Notes: generated by a model from the sequence alone, not told the origin. A stretch of 64,000 bases of DNA from an uncultured Mycoplasmatota bacterium (GCA_947571135.1 CANOWY010000004.1:19474-83473), one strand, 5' to 3'; positions 23,307 to 35,901 are shown, counted from the stretch's first letter. Numbers and translations: made by a program.

Positions 23307-24080
23307 ATGTTAACTATAGAATCAGCACTTATAAAAGATGATAAAAAAATTATATGTAAATATTATGAAATAGAAGAAGTTTGTAAAAATATTATTAAAG
23401 ATTATTGTGATGAAAGTGAAAAAAATCATCATACATTTTTAGAATTTGTCAAAAATTATCATACTTTTAAACCATATTTTGATTTTGTGGTCTGTATTTT
23501 AGGTTATAAAGTGTTAAACCCACAAATGGAAGAAGATACAATACTAGTTGGTAAAGATAATCATATGTATGTTTACAAAACGACGAGCGAAAAATTTGAA
23601 GATAATTTCCGTTATGGTTTAAGCGATGATAAAACTTTAGATGTCTATCCAATAAGTATTTTATCTAAATTAGAAGAATGTATGATAGATGGGAATAATA
23701 ATCATATAATGCCTAAGGATATGGTAGGTCATGTTCAAATATTACAACAAATTTTAAATATGTTATTAATTTCTCATAAAGATATATGTGAAAAGTATTT
23801 AAATTATAAATCAGATATTGGTTATTTTGTATCAAGGTATTTACCACTTATTCGTTTTCAAGTTGATAGACAAGGTAGAATGATTTTAACTAGGTGTGTT
23901 TATCGCGAAGATAATATAACAAAACTACAAGATAATTTTATTACTGACTTATTAGATAATCATTATACATATTCATCATTTTTGTATAAAGTTAATGAAT
24001 TTGACAAGTATGAAGCAAAAGATTTAACAGAAGATATGAGTTACAAGCATGATGATTTTGAAGAAAAAATAAAAAGATAA
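23307..24080 (+). CDS. Hypothetical protein (paralog of 24661..25452)
   Basis: Shared IIC.YYEIE..CK.II..YC and PYFDFVV..LGY..LNP. Confidence 0.7.
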   Translation: MLTIESALIKDDKKIICKYYEIEEVCKNIIKDYCDESEKNHHTFLEFVKNYHTFKPYFDFVVCILGYKVLNPQMEEDTILVGKDNHMYVYKTTSEKFEDNFRYGLSDDKTLDVYPISILSKLEECMIDGNNNHIMPKDMVGHVQILQQILNMLLISHKDICEKYLNYKSDIGYFVSRYLPLIRFQVDRQGRMILTRCVYREDNITKLQDNFITDLLDNHYTYSSFLYKVNEFDKYEAKDLTEDMSYKHDDFEEKIKR

Positions 24081-24091
24081 GGAGAAGTGTA

Positions 24092-24658
24092 TTGTATATG
24101 GAAAAAAATAGAATGATTATTGTAGAAGGACCTCAAGGTACTGGAAAAACAACACTAACCAATTATTTACGTGATAATATTCCAGGATCAAATCTATACA
24201 GATTATCTGGTCAAAAAGATAAAACTCTAACAGGCAAAAAGATGAGCGAAGAAATGTACAATGCTCTATTAGAATATCTGCAAAAAATGGAGACTGCTCC
24301 AATGGATCTAATTTTCGATCGCACTTTCTTTACAGAAGAAGTATATGGGAGATTAGGGTATAAAGAATATAATTTTACTGACGTTTACAAAAAATTAGTA
24401 GAACAATTAAATCTTTTGAACTATGATATATTTTTAGTGTTGTTATATTTAGAAGATACTACTCTTTTCGAAACAAGACTCGATAGAAAAAGTCATCATA
24501 ACTACCAATCTTTTAGTCTTGAAAATAGTATAAATCAACAAAAAACTTATTTGGAACTAGGACACGAATTAAAAGATACGAATATAAAAGTGATACCAAT
24601 TAAGATGGATAATTTTGATAGCGCATACCAAGAAATAGGAAAAGTTTTTAAGATATAA
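24092..24658 (+). CDS. P-loop nucleotide kinase (thymidylate kinase-like)
   Basis: IIVEGPQGTGKTT; IFDR; EEVYG. Confidence 0.75.
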   Translation: MYMEKNRMIIVEGPQGTGKTTLTNYLRDNIPGSNLYRLSGQKDKTLTGKKMSEEMYNALLEYLQKMETAPMDLIFDRTFFTEEVYGRLGYKEYNFTDVYKKLVEQLNLLNYDIFLVLLYLEDTTLFETRLDRKSHHNYQSFSLENSINQQKTYLELGHELKDTNIKVIPIKMDNFDSAYQEIGKVFKI

Positions 24659-24660
24659 AT

Positions 24661-25452
24661 ATGCAATCTGGTTTAATAGATAAAGAAGGAAATACAATAA
24701 TATGTCCCTATTATGAAATAGAAGCATTATGCAAAAGAATTATTGAACAATATTGTGTAAGAAGTGTAGAGAATAATCAAATATTTGTAGACTTTTCTAA
24801 AGAATACACTTACTTTTCTCCTTATTTTGATTTTGTTGTAGGATATCTTGGCTATTCTTTGCTAAATCCTTGGGGAAAGGAAAAGAGTATATTAAAAAAA
24901 CATCCCTTGTTAGATAGTTATTGTTTAAGTGTATATAGTAAAACCTTGGATATGTACGTTCCTAGTAAATACAATAAAAACATAATAGGATTTTCTAGTG
25001 ATAAAGATTTACAAATCAAACCCTTTTTACAAGAAAATAACTTTTATAATTGTTTTATAAATCCAGAGTTAATGGAATTTGTTCCTAATGTAGGTGGCCA
25101 TAGAGAATTAGGAAAGCAACTCCTAAATTTAGCCATGATAAAGGATAGAGAACTTTGTGAAAGAATCAGCAAACTTCCTTGGGATACATTAGATACAGCA
25201 GAGGTTTTGATGTGGTATTTTCCTTTATTTCGTTTTGATGATTATCTATCAAAAAACAATGGCTTTATGCTTCTTTATTGAAGCGATAACATTACAAATA
25301 AACAAAAAGAATTGCTAGAAAAACTAAAAAAATTAGAATACAAGAAATTTATTGGTGATCAAGCAAAAAAAAGCCTTATCGAAACTTTTGATTGGTCATA
25401 CAAATTTTATAGTGAAGAAAGAAGATGTTTAAATGAAAACAAGCGAATATGA
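24661..25452 (+). pseudogene. Paralog of 23307 with premature TGA at 25279-25281
   Basis: Reading through TGA gives LY*SDNIT, aligning with VYREDNIT of the paralog; frame stays open to 25452. Confidence 0.65.
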
Positions 25453-26458
25453 CTACTATTTACCAGAAAATTTAATTGCCCAAACACCACTAGTGAATAG
25501 AAGTTCATCAAGACTTCTAGTTATGGATAGAGTAAGTGGGAATTTAGAACACAAACAATTTACAAATATCTTAGATTACTTACACAAAGGAGATGTCTTA
25601 GTCATAAATGATACAAAAGTAATTCCAGCAAGACTAATTGGTTCAAAAGAAGAAACAAATGCAACAATAGAACTTTTACTCTTAAAAGAAAAAGAAGAGG
25701 ATACTTGGGAATGCTTATCTCGTCCTTTTAAACGTTTACATGTTGGAACTAAAATTTCTTTTGGAGATTCTTCACTGATCGCCGAAGTGTTAGAAAAAAA
25801 AGAAGAAGGTATGGTAAAGGTTAAATTTTCTTATAAAGGGATTTTTTTAGAAATACTAGAAAAATTAGGAGAAATGCCCCTTCCGCCTTATATTCACGAG
25901 AAATTAAATGAAAAAGATAGATACCAAACTATCTATGCTAAAAATATAGGAAGTGCCGCAGCACCCACAGCAGGGCTCCACTTTACTGATGATTTATTAA
26001 AAAAAATGGAAGATAAAGGCATTATAATCGCCAGAGTAACCTTACATGTAGGACTTGGTACATTTAGACCTGTGGAAGTAGAAGATGTAAAAAAACATAA
26101 AATGCATAGCGAATACTATCAACTAAGTGAAGAGGCTGCTACCATTTTAATCCAAGCCAAAAAAGAAAAGAGAAGAATTATTGCGGTAGGTACAACTACT
26201 ACAAGAACATTGGAAACCGTTATGCAAAAATATGGAGAGTTTAAAAGTTGTGAAGGAACTACGGACATCTTTATTTATCCTGGTTTCACCTTCAAAGCAA
26301 TTGATGGTCTTATTACAAACTTCCATCTTCCTAAAAGTACTCTATTAATGCTAGTCAGTGCATTTTCGAAAAAAGAATTTATATTACATGCCTATCATGA
26401 AGCCGTAAAATTTGAATATCGTTTCTTTTCTTTTGGGGATGCAATGTTTATTAGATAA
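25433..26458 (+). CDS. queA: S-adenosylmethionine:tRNA ribosyltransferase-isomerase
   Basis: [47 protein letters not shown]. Confidence 0.98.
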   Translation: MKTSEYDYYLPENLIAQTPLVNRSSSRLLVMDRVSGNLEHKQFTNILDYLHKGDVLVINDTKVIPARLIGSKEETNATIELLLLKEKEEDTWECLSRPFKRLHVGTKISFGDSSLIAEVLEKKEEGMVKVKFSYKGIFLEILEKLGEMPLPPYIHEKLNEKDRYQTIYAKNIGSAAAPTAGLHFTDDLLKKMEDKGIIIARVTLHVGLGTFRPVEVEDVKKHKMHSEYYQLSEEAATILIQAKKEKRRIIAVGTTTTRTLETVMQKYGEFKSCEGTTDIFIYPGFTFKAIDGLITNFHLPKSTLLMLVSAFSKKEFILHAYHEAVKFEYRFFSFGDAMFIR

Positions 26459-26494
26459 TGTTATAATACAAAAAACAAAGGAGATTTTTTTATT

Positions 26495-26791
26495 ATGGAA
26501 CCATTTACGAATAGTGGAAGAGGCACCCATCAAGTTGTAGAATTTCTACATCTAGGAGATTTTCCCATCGTTCTTTATTTTGATGCAGATGAAAAGGGAA
26601 AAGCAATATCAGATATTAAGAATTCATATTTTCACAAAATGGATGAAAAAGAATTATATAATGAGTTAGGTTTTACTATTTTCAAAAAGTATTTATTGAA
26701 TAAAATTAAGCAGGATTTATCGATTAGAAAGACAAACGAAAAATGGGCAGAACTTGCCTACGAAAAGTATGAACAAGGAAAACAACGCTAA
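26495..26791 (+). CDS. Hypothetical protein (paralog of 26870)
   Basis: GKAISDIKNSYF shared with the next ORF; GGAG RBS. Confidence 0.65.
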   Translation: MEPFTNSGRGTHQVVEFLHLGDFPIVLYFDADEKGKAISDIKNSYFHKMDEKELYNELGFTIFKKYLLNKIKQDLSIRKTNEKWAELAYEKYEQGKQR

Positions 26792-26869
26792 ACAACTTAT
26801 CCCAAATGAAAGGGATTTTTTAATGAATAAAAAGAAAAGTATGGTATACTAGTTATAAGGTGGTTTTAA

Positions 26870-28666
<1,797 letters not shown>

Positions 28667-28679
28667 GAATAAAAGAGTT

Positions 28680-29042
28680 TTATTCTTTTTTTCTATTTAT
28701 GCCAATAGTTGCACCAACAACACTCGCAAAAACCAGAACCATATAATAAATAATTCGCACAATTTTAAAACCAGTTTGGTAAATAACTAGATTAAAAAAA
28801 AGCAACAAAATAAGAAATAAAAAACCAATCTTAAGACCTTCTAACAATCCTCTATTTTCTACTTTTTTTCCTCTTAAATAACCAAAAATAAAGAAAACTA
28901 AAATGATATAAGAAAACATAAATACATTTACAACTTTAGAAGGCAATAACAAATAATAAAATAAACTTAAAACAATACTACCACCAACTAAAAATCCTAA
29001 AAACTTAAGAAGCAAGATACCATATTCTTTTGCACATTTCAT
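28680..29042 (-). CDS. YrzE/TIGR04086-like membrane protein
   Basis: 4 TM; G...RGLLEG..G; GATIGIN C-terminus; position divergent from yrbG. Confidence 0.7.
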   Translation of the reverse strand: MKCAKEYGILLLKFLGFLVGGSIVLSLFYYLLLPSKVVNVFMFSYIILVFFIFGYLRGKKVENRGLLEGLKIGFLFLILLLFFNLVIYQTGFKIVRIIYYMVLVFASVVGATIGINRKKE

Positions 29043-29118
29043 AAAATCACCTATAAAACTATATGAGAGTGATTAAAAAAATATGAAAATACCCATAATA
29101 ATAGTGGAGGATATATAT

Positions 29119-29763
29119 ATGGAACTTTTAACGATTGTGTTTAGAACAACATTTTTTTATTTTTTTATTGTACTTGCGTATCGTATTATGGGAAAAAGAG
29201 AAATAGGACAATTAGGGGTCATTGACTTAATCGTATCCATTTTGATTGCTGAGTTAGTAGCCATTAGCATTGAAAATATAAACGATTCTATTTTCTTTAC
29301 CATTATTCCTATTATTTTATTAGTACTTTTAGAAGTAGGGCTTGCCTTTATTAGTATCAAATCAAGGACTTTTAGAACTCTTTTTGGAGGAAAACCCTCT
29401 TTAATTATTGCAAACGGTAACGTAAACTACAAAGAAATGGTGAGACAAAGATATAGTATGGACGATTTATTATTAAGTTTACGACAAAACTCTATTAAAA
29501 GTATCGAGGAGATTGAATATGCCTTTTTAGAACCAAACGGAAAACTTTCTATATTCAAATATAATATGTTGCATACAAAAAGCAACTACCCAATGCCAAT
29601 TATAGTCGATGGGGAACTGCAACAAAAATCTTTAAGTTTCCTAAAAAAAGACAAACATTGGTTAGAAGAAGAATTATCTACTAAAGGATTAAAAATTGAA
29701 GATGTTTTCTACGCTTTCAAAAAGAAAAATAGAATTTATCTCATTAAGAAAAGTAATTTATAA
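29119..29763 (+). CDS. DUF421 (YrbG/YetF) membrane protein
   Basis: RIMGKREIGQL..IDL, GKP..II.NG, AFLEPNGKLS, PIIVDG. Confidence 0.9.
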   Translation: MELLTIVFRTTFFYFFIVLAYRIMGKREIGQLGVIDLIVSILIAELVAISIENINDSIFFTIIPIILLVLLEVGLAFISIKSRTFRTLFGGKPSLIIANGNVNYKEMVRQRYSMDDLLLSLRQNSIKSIEEIEYAFLEPNGKLSIFKYNMLHTKSNYPMPIIVDGELQQKSLSFLKKDKHWLEEELSTKGLKIEDVFYAFKKKNRIYLIKKSNL

Positions 29764-29802
29764 TAGAATGAATAAGGCAATCGCATAAAAATTTAACGTA
29801 AA

Positions 29803-30000
29803 TTAGAGATTAGTATAAAAAATGACATTAAATATAAGATTTTCAATATTTTTGAAATTACTTCTATAACATGTCATTTTTTGTTTTAAAGTAAGTTTGT
29901 TAAACATAGCAGTATCAAGTCTTGCAAAATTAAAAACAATTTTTCTGATAGTAGATAAATTTTTTATATAATTATTATTTTTCGTTACTCTACGTTTCAT
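29803..30000 (-). pseudogene. C-terminal remnant of an ISAs1-type transposase
   Basis: KNLSTIRKIVFN...LTLKQK resembles the ISAs1 transposase C-terminus; runs toward the TIR. Confidence 0.55.
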
Positions 30001-30056
30001 AGATTGTGAAAATTGCTGTAAATATATATAATCTTTTTAGAAAAGAGGAAAATTTT

Positions 30057-30968
30057 ATGAATTTAGAAAAGATAGCAGATTTAATCAAATCTAAACGGAA
30101 AGAGAAGAATCTAACACAAGCGGAATTAGCAGAAAAACTTCATGTTACAGAGAAAGCAATTTCTAGGTGGGAAACAGGAAGAGGGACTCCTGATATTTCT
30201 TTGTTACTTCCTTTATCTAATATACTTGGAGTTTCTATATCAGAGATATTGTCTGGAAAAGAAGATGAAAAATCTAATGAAATCATAAAAGAGATTATAG
30301 AATATATTGATATTAGTAAAAAAAGAAAAAATACGAAATATTTAATGCTTTCTATTATTATTTATCTAATAACATTATTTTTTTATTTGTCCTATTTAAA
30401 AGAGATTTATAGTAGTGTATATACTTATGCGAATTATACAGGTGCTTTAGTTATTAACACTATTTTTTCTATCTCTATTTTAATAGCTAATTATCTGATA
30501 ACAAACTATTACTATGATAAAATTGAGGACAAAGAAAAAATGAAAAAAATTTCTTATATTCTTTTATTAGTTTTATATACAATTATGGTTTTTAATTTAA
30601 CTATTTTTGGAAGAATGAATGGAGAAATTCGCTATAATTTAATTCCGTTTAAAACGATAGCAGAATATATTTTACATTTTAATCAATTAAATACCAATAT
30701 AGTTATAATAAATATTTTTGGGAATATAGGAATATTCATGCCTATTCAATACTTTATCTTAAAAATTTTTAATTTGAAGAAATTTAATCATATTTTCTTA
30801 ATTGATATAATTTTAATATTTATGGTAGAATTTTTGCAACTCATTACGCACACAGGTATTTTTGATGTGGATGATATGCTTCTAAATTTACTGGGAATGG
30901 TTTTAATTTATATGTTTTATTGTATATTTAATAAAAAAGATAAGAATTATAAGAATACAATAGTTTAG
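30057..30968 (+). CDS. XRE-family HTH fused to a VanZ-like membrane domain
   Basis: LTQAELAEKL.VT.KAISRWETG HTH; NLIPFKTI, GNI..FMP, E..Q..T..G.FDVDD..LN..G (VanZ). Confidence 0.88.
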   Translation: MNLEKIADLIKSKRKEKNLTQAELAEKLHVTEKAISRWETGRGTPDISLLLPLSNILGVSISEILSGKEDEKSNEIIKEIIEYIDISKKRKNTKYLMLSIIIYLITLFFYLSYLKEIYSSVYTYANYTGALVINTIFSISILIANYLITNYYYDKIEDKEKMKKISYILLLVLYTIMVFNLTIFGRMNGEIRYNLIPFKTIAEYILHFNQLNTNIVIINIFGNIGIFMPIQYFILKIFNLKKFNHIFLIDIILIFMVEFLQLITHTGIFDVDDMLLNLLGMVLIYMFYCIFNKKDKNYKNTIV

Positions 30969-31166
30969 TTTGATAAATCTATAAGTATATCATTTTTTAC
31001 ATTTATTTTTTATGCGATTGCCATATAGAATGAAAACATTGTTTGCAAGAACCTATTAAGAGAATAGCGATGCCAACTGTATGTTATTTTAAAGTATTGG
31101 AAGTATTTCTTTAGTTCACTTTGGTAATAATCCATGGTATAATAATGGAAAATAAAGGGTGATACT

Positions 31167-31634
31167 ATGAAAATTGTAAAAAGCATTCGAAAAACAAAAA
31201 CAGGGATGAAATTTGCAATACTAGGGAGTATTTTTACTATTCTTTTTTTGCTTTTGTTAACACTAAATCATCTAAATATTTTACGAACTCGTAATGCATT
31301 TCAGAATTTTAATAGGGAAGAACAGTATGAAATTGTCGTTGCTACAACAAGAACCAAAACAAAGAAAAAATTATTTGATTATGAGAATCTTCATTTTTAC
31401 AGTTATGGAATTCGAAATATCAGTATAGCCTATAACGGAAATAAAATGTCTTTAGAGGATATTTTAGAAGATCGAGATTTTGCACTAGACGACTTCTTAA
31501 ACAATTTTTCTCTTGTTATGGAAACAGAAGACAAAACAATTCAAAAATATGCCAAAGGAAATCTTTTCATTACTGTAGAAAAAATGTATCCAAATGAAAC
31601 AGATATTGTTTTTAGCGAAAAAAATAATGGTTAG
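31167..31634 (+). CDS. Membrane-anchored hypothetical protein
   Basis: N-terminal TM; TG-TATAAT promoter and GGGTG RBS. Confidence 0.65.
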   Translation: MKIVKSIRKTKTGMKFAILGSIFTILFLLLLTLNHLNILRTRNAFQNFNREEQYEIVVATTRTKTKKKLFDYENLHFYSYGIRNISIAYNGNKMSLEDILEDRDFALDDFLNNFSLVMETEDKTIQKYAKGNLFITVEKMYPNETDIVFSEKNNG

Positions 31635-32929
31635 GATAAGTTTGCCGTTACTTTTTTAATTTTATAGAGATTTGTTCCTACAACAAAAATGATATTGACA
31701 ATCTCCGAAATAATGAGTCCATAAATCCCAATTCTGAAAAAAGAAAAAATTGCCAGAATAACATTTTTCAAAAGAACACCCATAAAAGTAATTTTCATGG
31801 TAAATTTAGCAAGCCCAAGTCCTTGTAAAGTACTAATAAGAGGACTTTCTAAATAGAAGAGAACGAAAAAAGGTGCCAGAACCGTAATATAATCAATTCC
31901 ACTTGTTGTATGATACAAAATCCAAAGAAGAGGCTCTTTAAAAATCAAAATGAAGATACTAAATACAAATCCTAGAAAAAAGGAAATTCGCATTGCTTGA
32001 TGAAAACGCCTTTTTAACATCACAATATTTCGCTTTTGATAGAATTTACTAATTTCGGGCATTAATGCATTACTAATGGCTGCAACAAAAAAGGAAGGCA
32101 TGGTAAGAAGGGCAATCGAATAAGCATTATAAGCCCCGTATTCCATCAAGATAAAATCACTAGAATACCCTACAAACAATAAAATGTTGGTAAGAATAAT
32201 CGGCTCAAAAAAGAAACCAATATTTCCAATAAATCTAGAGGAAACAGTAGGAAGACTTACATTTAGTACTTCTTTAATTGTATAAATAGTAGGCTTCAAA
32301 TCTTTTTTTGTAATAATCGCCTTTTTGGGAATAAAAAATAAAAATACAATCACAGAAAAAATCTCTGAAATAATATTAAAAAGAATTAAAGCAACAACAG
32401 CAGCGAGGATACTTATTTTAACAAAATAAGGAAGAAAAAAAACGATTAAAATAAGTCTTACTACTTGTTCTAAAGAATTAGATAGAGCATACGGTAGCAT
32501 TTGCTGCTTTCCAAAAAAATATCCTTTGACAATACTAGATAAACTCACAAAAGGAAGAGTAACGGTACAAGCAAGAAGAAGGAGATAAGTACTTTCGTTT
32601 TTAAGCAAGTGAAAAGCAATAAATTTACTAGAGAAAAACATGGTAGCCATTAAAAGAATATTGACAACGATAATAATAAGAACAGAAGAGCAAATGATTT
32701 TAATACTTCTTGTTTTTTCTTCTGCGACTAACTTTGAAATCGCAAGGGGCATAGCAAGTGTTGCAATTGTAATTAAAAGAGAATATGTAGGCATAACAAG
32801 AGAATGTAAACCAACGCCCTCTTCTAAAATAATACGAGTATAAATAATTTTAATGATAAAACCTAAAATACGTGTAACAAATCCACCTAAAATCAAAATT
32901 AAAGTGGAAGATAAAAATTTATTTTTCAT
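31631..32929 (-). CDS. spoVB: SpoVB-like MOP-family flippase
   Basis: F..STLILILGG.VTRILGFI..I..TRI...EGVGL; LAISKLVAE; synteny yrbG-spoVB-comN; true start at 32929. Confidence 0.85.
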   Translation of the reverse strand: MKNKFLSSTLILILGGFVTRILGFIIKIIYTRIILEEGVGLHSLVMPTYSLLITIATLAMPLAISKLVAEEKTRSIKIICSSVLIIIVVNILLMATMFFSSKFIAFHLLKNESTYLLLLACTVTLPFVSLSSIVKGYFFGKQQMLPYALSNSLEQVVRLILIVFFLPYFVKISILAAVVALILFNIISEIFSVIVFLFFIPKKAIITKKDLKPTIYTIKEVLNVSLPTVSSRFIGNIGFFFEPIILTNILLFVGYSSDFILMEYGAYNAYSIALLTMPSFFVAAISNALMPEISKFYQKRNIVMLKRRFHQAMRISFFLGFVFSIFILIFKEPLLWILYHTTSGIDYITVLAPFFVLFYLESPLISTLQGLGLAKFTMKITFMGVLLKNVILAIFSFFRIGIYGLIISEIVNIIFVVGTNLYKIKKVTANLS

Positions 32930-32969
32930 AGTAGTCCCCTTTAAAAATCCATAAAATTGCTTTATAATA

Positions 32970-32997
32970 AATATATGATTTAGGAGGAAAAATATGG
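32970..32997 (-). promoter_or_regulatory. SigmaE-type promoter of spoVB
   Basis: Minus strand reads CCATATT-N13-CATATATT. Confidence 0.5.
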
Positions 32998-33302
32998 TAA
33001 CAGAAAATTTTGGAACACTAATCGATTTATACAACCGAGTTTTACCCGCTCTTAAATCCAAAGTAAAAGAATTAAAACAAAACCATATTACGTTTGTAAC
33101 AGAAAAGGATGTATGGGATTGTCTCAGAAAAACAAAATGGAACGGAGAATCAGATCTCACCTTATATGATATAGTAAACGATATTTTATTTGTTGATGAA
33201 AAAGAAGTAGTCAATTATCTTAATTATAAAAATAGGAAAAAAGCGGAAAATCAAGAAGAACAAAGACAAGAAAATATAAATAAAGAGGATACGATTTTAT
33301 GA
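32994..33302 (+). CDS. comN: ComN/YrzD-like post-transcriptional regulator
   Basis: PALKSKVKEL, D.W.CL...KW, LY.IVNDIL; divergent from spoVB as in Bacillus. Confidence 0.7.
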   Translation: MVTENFGTLIDLYNRVLPALKSKVKELKQNHITFVTEKDVWDCLRKTKWNGESDLTLYDIVNDILFVDEKEVVNYLNYKNRKKAENQEEQRQENINKEDTIL

Positions 33303-35443
33303 ATATAGAACCTAAATTTGAAGATTTATTAGAAAAACTGAAAAAAAATTTTAATGAAAATGAACTGGCTGATATAAAAAGAGCATATGAATTTGCTAGA
33401 GAAAAACACGAAGGAAGAACTCGTTTAACAAATGAGCCATATATAACACACCCTTTAAATGTGGCTCTCATTTTAAGTGACTTAAATGTAGATAAAGTAA
33501 CGATTATGGCTTCTTTATTACATGAGGTTATGAATAATGGAGATACAACAGAAGAGGAATTAGAAGAAAACTTTGGATTTGAAATTACCAATATTGTGAA
33601 AACCATTAGCACCATTAATAAACTAGAACTACCTGATGATAAAGAATCATCTGCCATTTATCTAAGAAAAGTTTTAGTAGGGCTTGCCGAAGATGTACGT
33701 GTATTATTCATAAAACTGGCAGATCGACTTCACAATATGCGTACCATTTGGGCAGTACGACCTGAAAAGCAAAAAAGAAAAGCCAATGAAACTATGAATG
33801 TATTAATTCCAATTGCCCATCGTTTAGGAATATATGGGATAAAAAGCGAATTAGAAGATTTATGTTTAAGATATTTAAAACCAGAAGTATACGAAGATAT
33901 CTTAAAACAACTAGACGCGTCTGTAGAAGAGTTGGAACAAGTACTAGTAGAAATGCAAGATAGCATAAGTGCAATTTTAATAGAAAATGGAATTAAATTT
34001 CATATTAAAAGTCGTGTAAAAAGTGTTTATAGCATTTATAAAAAACTATCTACATGGCGCAAATGGAGTGATATCTACGATATCCTGGCATTAAGAGTTA
34101 TTGTCGAAAAAGAAAGTGACTGTTACCTTGCGATTGGTTTAATTCACTCTAAATTTCGCCCGATTGCCAAACGCTTTAAAGATTATATTGCTATGCCAAA
34201 AGAAAATATGTACCAATCTCTCCATACTGGGATTGTAGGAATTGATGGACATATTTTTGAAGTACAAATAAGAACTTATGAAATGGATGAAATAGCAGAA
34301 AAGGGAATTGCTTCTCATTTTTCTTATAAAGAAAAAGGAACCAAAAAAATCCAAAGCATGATGGAACAAAAACTAGAAATTTTTAGAAATATGATTGAAT
34401 CTTATAAAGAAAGCGATGACTTGGATTTTGCTGCAAACGTTAATAATGATATTTTAGGAGAACTTATTTATGTATTTACTCCAAAAGGAGATGTTGTAGA
34501 ATTACCAAAAGGCTCAACACCAATTGATTTTGCCTACCGAATTCATTCAAAAGTAGGAGATACAACTATAGGTGCAATTGTAAATGATGAAATTGTCCCT
34601 TTATCTTATGAACTGCAAGACAACGATGTTATTAAAATCAATACCAATAAAAATTCTACTCCTAGTAAAGAATGGCTTGATTTTGTAAAAACAAGTGGTG
34701 CAAAAAGTAAAATCAAATCCTATTTTAGTAAACAAGATAGAGAAGACTATATTGAAAATGGAAAGAATATTTTAGAACGAGAACTAAGAAAACAAAAACT
34801 TGCTTTTAGCGAAGTTTTTAGTGAGGAAAAATTAGAAAAACTTTACCAGGATTTAAAAATAAACGATATAGAAGAAATTTACTTAGCCATAGGTTCTTTT
34901 CGCTATACTGCTGGCTATATCATTAAATTAACAACAGAAGAAAAACATAATGTTACAGACGCTTTAATCGAAAAAGTAAGTAACAAAAATAGATACATTC
35001 CGAAAACAAACAATAAAAAGGATATTGTTGTAGGAGAGTATTCTGATATTTTAATCACTTTGGCTAAATGCTGTAAACCAGTAAAAGGTGATAGCATAAT
35101 TGGATACATCACCAAGGGAGAGGGCATTACGGTTCATAAAACAGATTGTGCAAATGTCGTAAATAAAAACGAAAGATTAATTGAGGTTGCTTGGAGTGAA
35201 TCAAGTGAAAATGATTATTATACGGATATCTATATTGAAACACTAAATGATAAAAATTACGTAGGAGACATCATTAATAAAGCCTCTGTTAAAAATATCA
35301 GTGTGGTTTCCTTAAGTACAAATGACACAAACGAAATTACAATATATAATTTAACAATAAAAGTGAAAAATGCAACAGAATTAAACGATTTTATAAACAG
35401 TTTATATTCACTTTCTTTTGTGAAGAAAGCCGGTAAAAAATAA
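33299..35443 (+). CDS. relA: Long RSH (p)ppGpp synthetase Rel
   Basis: IKLADRLHNMRT, RFKDYIA.PK.N.YQSLHT, EVQIRT, TGS, ZFD and ACT domains. Confidence 0.97.
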   Translation: MNIEPKFEDLLEKLKKNFNENELADIKRAYEFAREKHEGRTRLTNEPYITHPLNVALILSDLNVDKVTIMASLLHEVMNNGDTTEEELEENFGFEITNIVKTISTINKLELPDDKESSAIYLRKVLVGLAEDVRVLFIKLADRLHNMRTIWAVRPEKQKRKANETMNVLIPIAHRLGIYGIKSELEDLCLRYLKPEVYEDILKQLDASVEELEQVLVEMQDSISAILIENGIKFHIKSRVKSVYSIYKKLSTWRKWSDIYDILALRVIVEKESDCYLAIGLIHSKFRPIAKRFKDYIAMPKENMYQSLHTGIVGIDGHIFEVQIRTYEMDEIAEKGIASHFSYKEKGTKKIQSMMEQKLEIFRNMIESYKESDDLDFAANVNNDILGELIYVFTPKGDVVELPKGSTPIDFAYRIHSKVGDTTIGAIVNDEIVPLSYELQDNDVIKINTNKNSTPSKEWLDFVKTSGAKSKIKSYFSKQDREDYIENGKNILERELRKQKLAFSEVFSEEKLEKLYQDLKINDIEEIYLAIGSFRYTAGYIIKLTTEEKHNVTDALIEKVSNKNRYIPKTNNKKDIVVGEYSDILITLAKCCKPVKGDSIIGYITKGEGITVHKTDCANVVNKNERLIEVAWSESSENDYYTDIYIETLNDKNYVGDIINKASVKNISVVSLSTNDTNEITIYNLTIKVKNATELNDFINSLYSLSFVKKAGKK

Positions 35444-35901
35444 TGCGTGTTGTGATACAAAGAAGTAAGAAAAGTAGTGTAAGTGTGAAAAATCAATTAA
35501 TCTCTGAAATCAATCGAGGGCTTGTTCTTCTAGTAGGATTTACCGATGGCGACACAATAGAAGATATAGAGTACTTGGTAAAAAAAATTACCCATTTACG
35601 TATTTTTGATGATGAAAACGGAGTAATGAATAAGAGCATTTTAGATGTAGGTGGAAGTATTTTATCCATTAGTCAATTTACTCTTTATGCCGATACGAAA
35701 AAAGGAAATCGTCCTTCCTATATAAAAGCCATGAAAGGGGATAAAGCCATTCATCTTTACGATAAATTTAATGAGACTTTAAATCAATATGTAGAAACCA
35801 AAACAGGCATTTTTGGAGCAGATATGCAAGTCAATATAACAAACGATGGCCCAATTACCATAGTGATGGATTCAGAAAGAGAAAAAACAAACGAAAAATA
35901 A
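35443..35901 (+). CDS. dtd: D-aminoacyl-tRNA deacylase
   Basis: MRVVIQR, SQFTL, NDGPIT. Confidence 0.97.
   Translation: MRVVIQRSKKSSVSVKNQLISEINRGLVLLVGFTDGDTIEDIEYLVKKITHLRIFDDENGVMNKSILDVGGSILSISQFTLYADTKKGNRPSYIKAMKGDKAIHLYDKFNETLNQYVETKTGIFGADMQVNITNDGPITIVMDSEREKTNEK

Larger units (their letters stand above)
29773..31025. mobile_element. Non-autonomous ISAs1-family derivative carrying a passenger gene
   Basis: Terminal inverted repeats TA(A/T)GGCAATCGCATAAAAA at 29773-29791 and 31007-31025; flanking 9-bp direct repeat TAGAATGAA (29764-29772, 31026-31034); transposase remnant inside. Confidence 0.8.

Noticed and set aside
31631-33214. 527-aa version of the spoVB ORF
   Set aside because: The first 95 codons overlap the divergent comN-like gene; homology and RBS support a start at 32929
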